Source of the DNA: an uncultured Desulfobacterales bacterium
Lineage (GTDB): Bacteria > Myxococcota_A > UBA9160 > JAFDET01
Length of the DNA: 64,000 nucleotides
NCBI GenBank assembly: GCA_964194905.1
Contig: CAXMOD010000119.1
Coordinates: 6,813 to 70,812, forward strand
Direction: 5' to 3'
The position numbers and the translations under genes are program-made. Below, piece by piece: positions 60,929-64,000 of this stretch; positions within the stretch are counted from its first letter, which is position 1; every line of letters starts with the position of its first letter. The notes under the pieces were generated by a model that was not told the DNA's origin, searched no databases, and worked only from the letters and a program-made list of their open reading frames with translations.

Positions 60929-62734
60929 CTAGAACTTGAGGTCGCCGCCGCGGATGGCGGCAAGGACGTTGGGGGTGATGGGCTTGTACGTCCGGGAGGT
61001 GTCGTCCCGGTAGTAGAGGGGGTCGGTCACGCGGTCGGGGTCGAAGCCGCCGGCCTGCAGCTCCACCTTGCGCACCTTGAAGGTGCCGGTGAGCTCGGCC
61101 TTCGCCTGCACGCGCAAGAAAGCCGGGCGAGCGTAGGCGGGCAGCGCCTCCGCGATACGCGCGTACAGGGTCCGAGCGTCGAAGCCCGCGCCCTCTCCCA
61201 GCACCAGGGAGGCCATGCCGGCGCGGCCGTCGCAACCGGGAATCTCCACACCGTACACGGCGGCGAGCTCGACCGACGGGTCGGCGGCGAGGGCCCCGGC
61301 CACCTCCTGCGTGGAAACGTTCTCGCCCTTCCAGCGAAAGGTGTCCCCGAGGCGGTCTACGAAGTAGTAGAAGCCCCGCTCGTCACGGCGCAGGAGATCG
61401 CCGCTGCGGAACCAGGCGTCGCCTGCTTCGAAGACGTCCCGCAGAACCTTCTTCGTGGTGTCTTCCTCGTTCGTGTAGCCCTCGAAGCGCCCCGCCGCGG
61501 TACGCCCTTCGCTGATCCTGCCCAGCAGCTCGCCGGTCTCACCGACGCCCGCGGCGACGCAGCGGCCGCCTGCCGCCCTCAGATGCCGCTCCTTCTGGAC
61601 GTCCCAGCGGACCAGCGCGGCTTTCGTGCCGGGCGCGGGGCGGCCCACGCTGCCGACGACGCCTTCGAGGTTGACGAGCGAGACGTTGCTCTCGGTAGCG
61701 CCGTAGAACTCGGTGATGTGGGGGATGCCGAAGCGCTTCTGGAAGGTCTCCCAGATGTCGGGTCGCAGGCCGTTGCCCACGCAGAAGCGAACCTTGTGGC
61801 GGGTCTCCCACTCGCTCGGCGGAACGCCCAGGAGGTAGCGGCAGAGCTCGCCGATGTACTGGAAGGCCGTGGCCTCCATCTCCACCACTTCGCGCCAGAA
61901 TCGGCTGGCGCTGAAGCGACGCGTGAGCGCCAGGGTGCCGCCGCTGCGGAGCACCGCGTTGACGCACATCACGCCGCCGACGGTGTGGTAGAGGGGGAGC
62001 GGGCAGTAGATCGTGTCCCGGCCGGTCATGCCCGACAGCAGGCTGTAGAGCCCACCGCCCATGAAGCGCGCGTGGCTGAAGCGCGCGGCCTTGGGGAGGC
62101 CCGTCGTGCCCGAGGTGTAGATGTAGAAGAGCGGGTCGGCGCCGCGCAGCTCGCTGCGGACCGAGCGCGGCGGGTTCTTGTCGCTGTAGCGCTGCGTCTG
62201 CTCGTGCAGGCTCTTGGCGCCGGGGGGCGGGGCCACGGAATCGTGGTGCGGGTCTTGCGCGATGAAGACGTCCACGTCGGCCGGGCGCTCGAGACCCATG
62301 CCGGCCCACGCCTCGATGCACTCGGAGCCCAGGATGACGGTCTTGCACTGCGCGGCTTCGATTACGCGCGCGAGGGCGCTGCCCGTGAGGTTGGTGTTGA
62401 GGAGCGCACTGGTGGCGCCCACCTTGGCCAGGCCCGCCCACACCTCCAGGTACTCGGGCCGGTTGCCCATGAGGACCGCGACTACGTCACCCTTCGCGAT
62501 GCCGCGTTCCAGGGCCCAGTGGGCGATGCGGTTGGCGCCGGCGTTGTACCGGTGATAGGTGCGATTGCGACCCTCGAAGCGCACGAAGCTCTTGTTGGGA
62601 CGCTTGCGGGCAGCGCGCTCGATGAGATCAGCTGCGGTGCGCCGGCTTCCGGGGCCGGCCAGCGCGATACCGGGCATCCAGCGGAGGCTGCGGCCCAGGA
62701 TGCGGAGTCGCTTGCTGAACAGGGACGTCGACAT
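60929..62734 (-). CDS. FATP-type (very-)long-chain acyl-CoA synthetase
   Basis: ORF 60929..63247 trimmed to ATG 62734 (MSTSLFSKRLRIL). AMP-binding motif YIYTSGTTGLPKA. FRSGDLLRRDERGFYYFVDRLGDTFRWKGENVST is typical of FATP/FadD6-like enzymes. Confidence 0.9.
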   Translation of the reverse strand: MSTSLFSKRLRILGRSLRWMPGIALAGPGSRRTAADLIERAARKRPNKSFVRFEGRNRTYHRYNAGANRIAHWALERGIAKGDVVAVLMGNRPEYLEVWAGLAKVGATSALLNTNLTGSALARVIEAAQCKTVILGSECIEAWAGMGLERPADVDVFIAQDPHHDSVAPPPGAKSLHEQTQRYSDKNPPRSVRSELRGADPLFYIYTSGTTGLPKAARFSHARFMGGGLYSLLSGMTGRDTIYCPLPLYHTVGGVMCVNAVLRSGGTLALTRRFSASRFWREVVEMEATAFQYIGELCRYLLGVPPSEWETRHKVRFCVGNGLRPDIWETFQKRFGIPHITEFYGATESNVSLVNLEGVVGSVGRPAPGTKAALVRWDVQKERHLRAAGGRCVAAGVGETGELLGRISEGRTAAGRFEGYTNEEDTTKKVLRDVFEAGDAWFRSGDLLRRDERGFYYFVDRLGDTFRWKGENVSTQEVAGALAADPSVELAAVYGVEIPGCDGRAGMASLVLGEGAGFDARTLYARIAEALPAYARPAFLRVQAKAELTGTFKVRKVELQAGGFDPDRVTDPLYYRDDTSRTYKPITPNVLAAIRGGDLKF

Positions 62735-62748
62735 CGTTCTCTTCCTTC

Positions 62749-64000
62749 CTACGAGCGATCCAACCGCGCGGCTTCGTGCGTGGCGGCCTTGCGCAGCTCC
62801 TCGAAGGAGGCTGCGATCATGTCTGCGAGGCGCGGCAGGTCGGGCACGGCCGTGGGGCACGCGTAGAGGCCGAAGTTGAGCTTCCCGTCGTAGCTCCACA
62901 CCGTGACGTTGAGGCTGGCGACGAACTTGACGTGGCCGACCGAGATGAGGTTCTCCACGGGGCCACCGGGGGCGTAGAGCGTTCCGGCGGGACCGGCCAC
63001 GCTGGTCACGCTGATGCCGCCCGGAAACTCGGGGCGCATGCGCACGAAGGCGCGGGCCAGCCGGCCGACTCCCTTGGCGGCGTAGGGGGGGAGCCAGCGC
63101 AGCCAGTCCTCGAGGTTTGCGCCGCGGCGGCGCTGGAGGTCTTCTTTGGCTTCCCGCACGATCTCCGAAACGGCGCGCAGGCGCACGACGGGATCGGCGA
63201 TGTGCGTGGGCAGCGAGATCGGGCGCGAGGTGATGCGGTTGCCCCACTCGCTGCGCTCGTCGTCGGTGCGGATGCTCGCGGGCATGTGCGCCAGCGTGGG
63301 CAGGCCCGGAAGTTCACAGCGGCGCTCCAGGTAGCGACGCACGCCGCCCGCGGTGCTGGCGAGCACGACGTCGCTGATGGTGCAACCGAGGTCGCGACGC
63401 ACGTCCCGGGCAGCGTCGAGGGAGACGGTGGCGAAGTGAAAGCTGCGCTTCTCGCTGGGACGTCCGGCGAAAGGCGTGATGGGGCTCGCCAGCATGGAGA
63501 TGCGGCGACCGTGGTAGAGGCGAGCGATGGGGTTGTGGCGAAGCGCGCGCCGGACGCGCCGGGTGGTGCGGCCGAGCCGGGGGATCTCGCCCGTGGCGGC
63601 ACGCATGCGGTCGCGGGCGGCGTCCTTGAGCAGGGTCCAGCGCGAGGGCGGGGCGTCGCCCTCCCCAGCCCACGGCTGCGCGTCGGCGTCGGGCGGAGTG
63701 ACCCCGTCGAACGGTGCGTCGGCGTAGAGCGCCTCCATGAGGCGCTTGCTCGCAGATCCGTCCGCCAGGGCGTGGCTCATCTTGAGCACGGCCACGACCT
63801 TGTCGCCTTCGTAGCCCTCGAGCATCCACAACTCCCAGAGCGGGCGCTCCGGGTCGAGCGGGACGCTGGCGATGTTCGAGATCTCCTCGCAGAGCTCCGC
63901 GCGGCCGGCAGGCTCGGGGACTGCGCGCCGGCGCACGTGGTGGGCGAGATCGAGGTCGCGGTCTTCCACCCAGACGGGGTGGTAGAGGTCGAACGGGACG
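62749..64000 (-). CDS. WS/DGAT paralogue (partial; 5' end beyond the right edge)
   Basis: The reading frame stays open past the track's ATG at 63969 (upstream reads ...VPFDLYHPVWVEDRDLDLAHH). The motif is S-H-ALADGSAS: the first His of HHxxxDG is Ser and the second His is kept. PLWELWMLEG is present, with the C-terminal TSVAGPAGTLY. Confidence 0.85.
   Translation of the reverse strand, partial: VPFDLYHPVWVEDRDLDLAHHVRRRAVPEPAGRAELCEEISNIASVPLDPERPLWELWMLEGYEGDKVVAVLKMSHALADGSASKRLMEALYADAPFDGVTPPDADAQPWAGEGDAPPSRWTLLKDAARDRMRAATGEIPRLGRTTRRVRRALRHNPIARLYHGRRISMLASPITPFAGRPSEKRSFHFATVSLDAARDVRRDLGCTISDVVLASTAGGVRRYLERRCELPGLPTLAHMPASIRTDDERSEWGNRITSRPISLPTHIADPVVRLRAVSEIVREAKEDLQRRRGANLEDWLRWLPPYAAKGVGRLARAFVRMRPEFPGGISVTSVAGPAGTLYAPGGPVENLISVGHVKFVASLNVTVWSYDGKLNFGLYACPTAVPDLPRLADMIAASFEELRKAATHEAARLDRS

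Noticed and set aside
1-64000. Search by eye for CRISPR arrays, tRNA/rRNA genes, IS elements, integrases, prophage genes, long tandem or inverted repeats, and compositional islands
   Set aside because: None was recognised. Every non-coding gap is under 200 bp. The only markedly AT-rich patches are the TetR operator region (58791-58840) and part of the 31322-31503 intergenic region. A computational scan (tRNAscan-SE, Infernal/Rfam, CRISPR finders, ISfinder BLAST) would be needed to exclude small RNAs.

Overview
This is a very GC-rich bacterial chromosomal segment. Third codon positions are almost all G/C, which produces many long Arg/Pro/Gly/Ala-rich shadow ORFs on the wrong strand or frame. 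After I trimmed the ORF track by eye, using conserved motifs, start-codon context and neighbouring stop codons, about 50 real CDS remain. They are tightly packed, and many are joined by ATGA/GTGA/TAGTG start-stop overlaps. I saw no rRNA, tRNA, CRISPR array, transposase, integrase or prophage signature, and no obvious compositional island.

Ordinary content:
- RNA modification and regulation: thiI, an RluA-type pseudouridine synthase, and an ECF sigma / anti-sigma / DUF3106 cassette.
- Central and redox metabolism: sppA, ppx, a Zn-ADH, tpx, an SDR, glcDEF, a citramalate/isopropylmalate synthase, and a PQQ quinohemoprotein ADH.
- Other: GNATs, mltF, and an EamA carrier.

Regions worth a second look:
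1. 32.3-42.8 kb. A signal-peptide-bearing PPDK-type dikinase with glucan-water-dikinase-like domain order sits beside two secreted beta-lactamase-fold hydrolases. Two ATP/ADP-translocase-like (NTT/Npt) carriers bracket them, and one carrier is fused to HEAT repeats and a cNMP-binding domain. I propose, as inference only, a periplasmic ATP-supply/phosphorylation module.
2. 7.0-10.4 kb. A thiolase-like protein has Ser at the nucleophile position, is fused to a DUF35-like OB domain, and is coupled to a large polytopic membrane protein.
3. 21.3-21.45 kb. A terminator-type attenuator with an Ile-rich mini-ORF lies in front of the citramalate/IPMS synthase gene.
4. 51.4-58.8 kb. A TetR-divergent string runs ACAD - membrane protein - PLD lipoprotein - Zn-ribbon/cyclase/STAND/TPR.
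5. 59.5-64 kb. A neutral-lipid locus carries WS/DGAT - FATP-type acyl-CoA synthetase - WS/DGAT.
6. Several genes carry TANNNT boxes 6-8 nt upstream of the start codon, which suggests leaderless mRNAs.

All domain calls rest on motifs read by eye. No database search was run. Taxonomy cannot be determined here; the gene content is merely consistent with a high-GC Gram-negative such as a Myxococcota-like organism.
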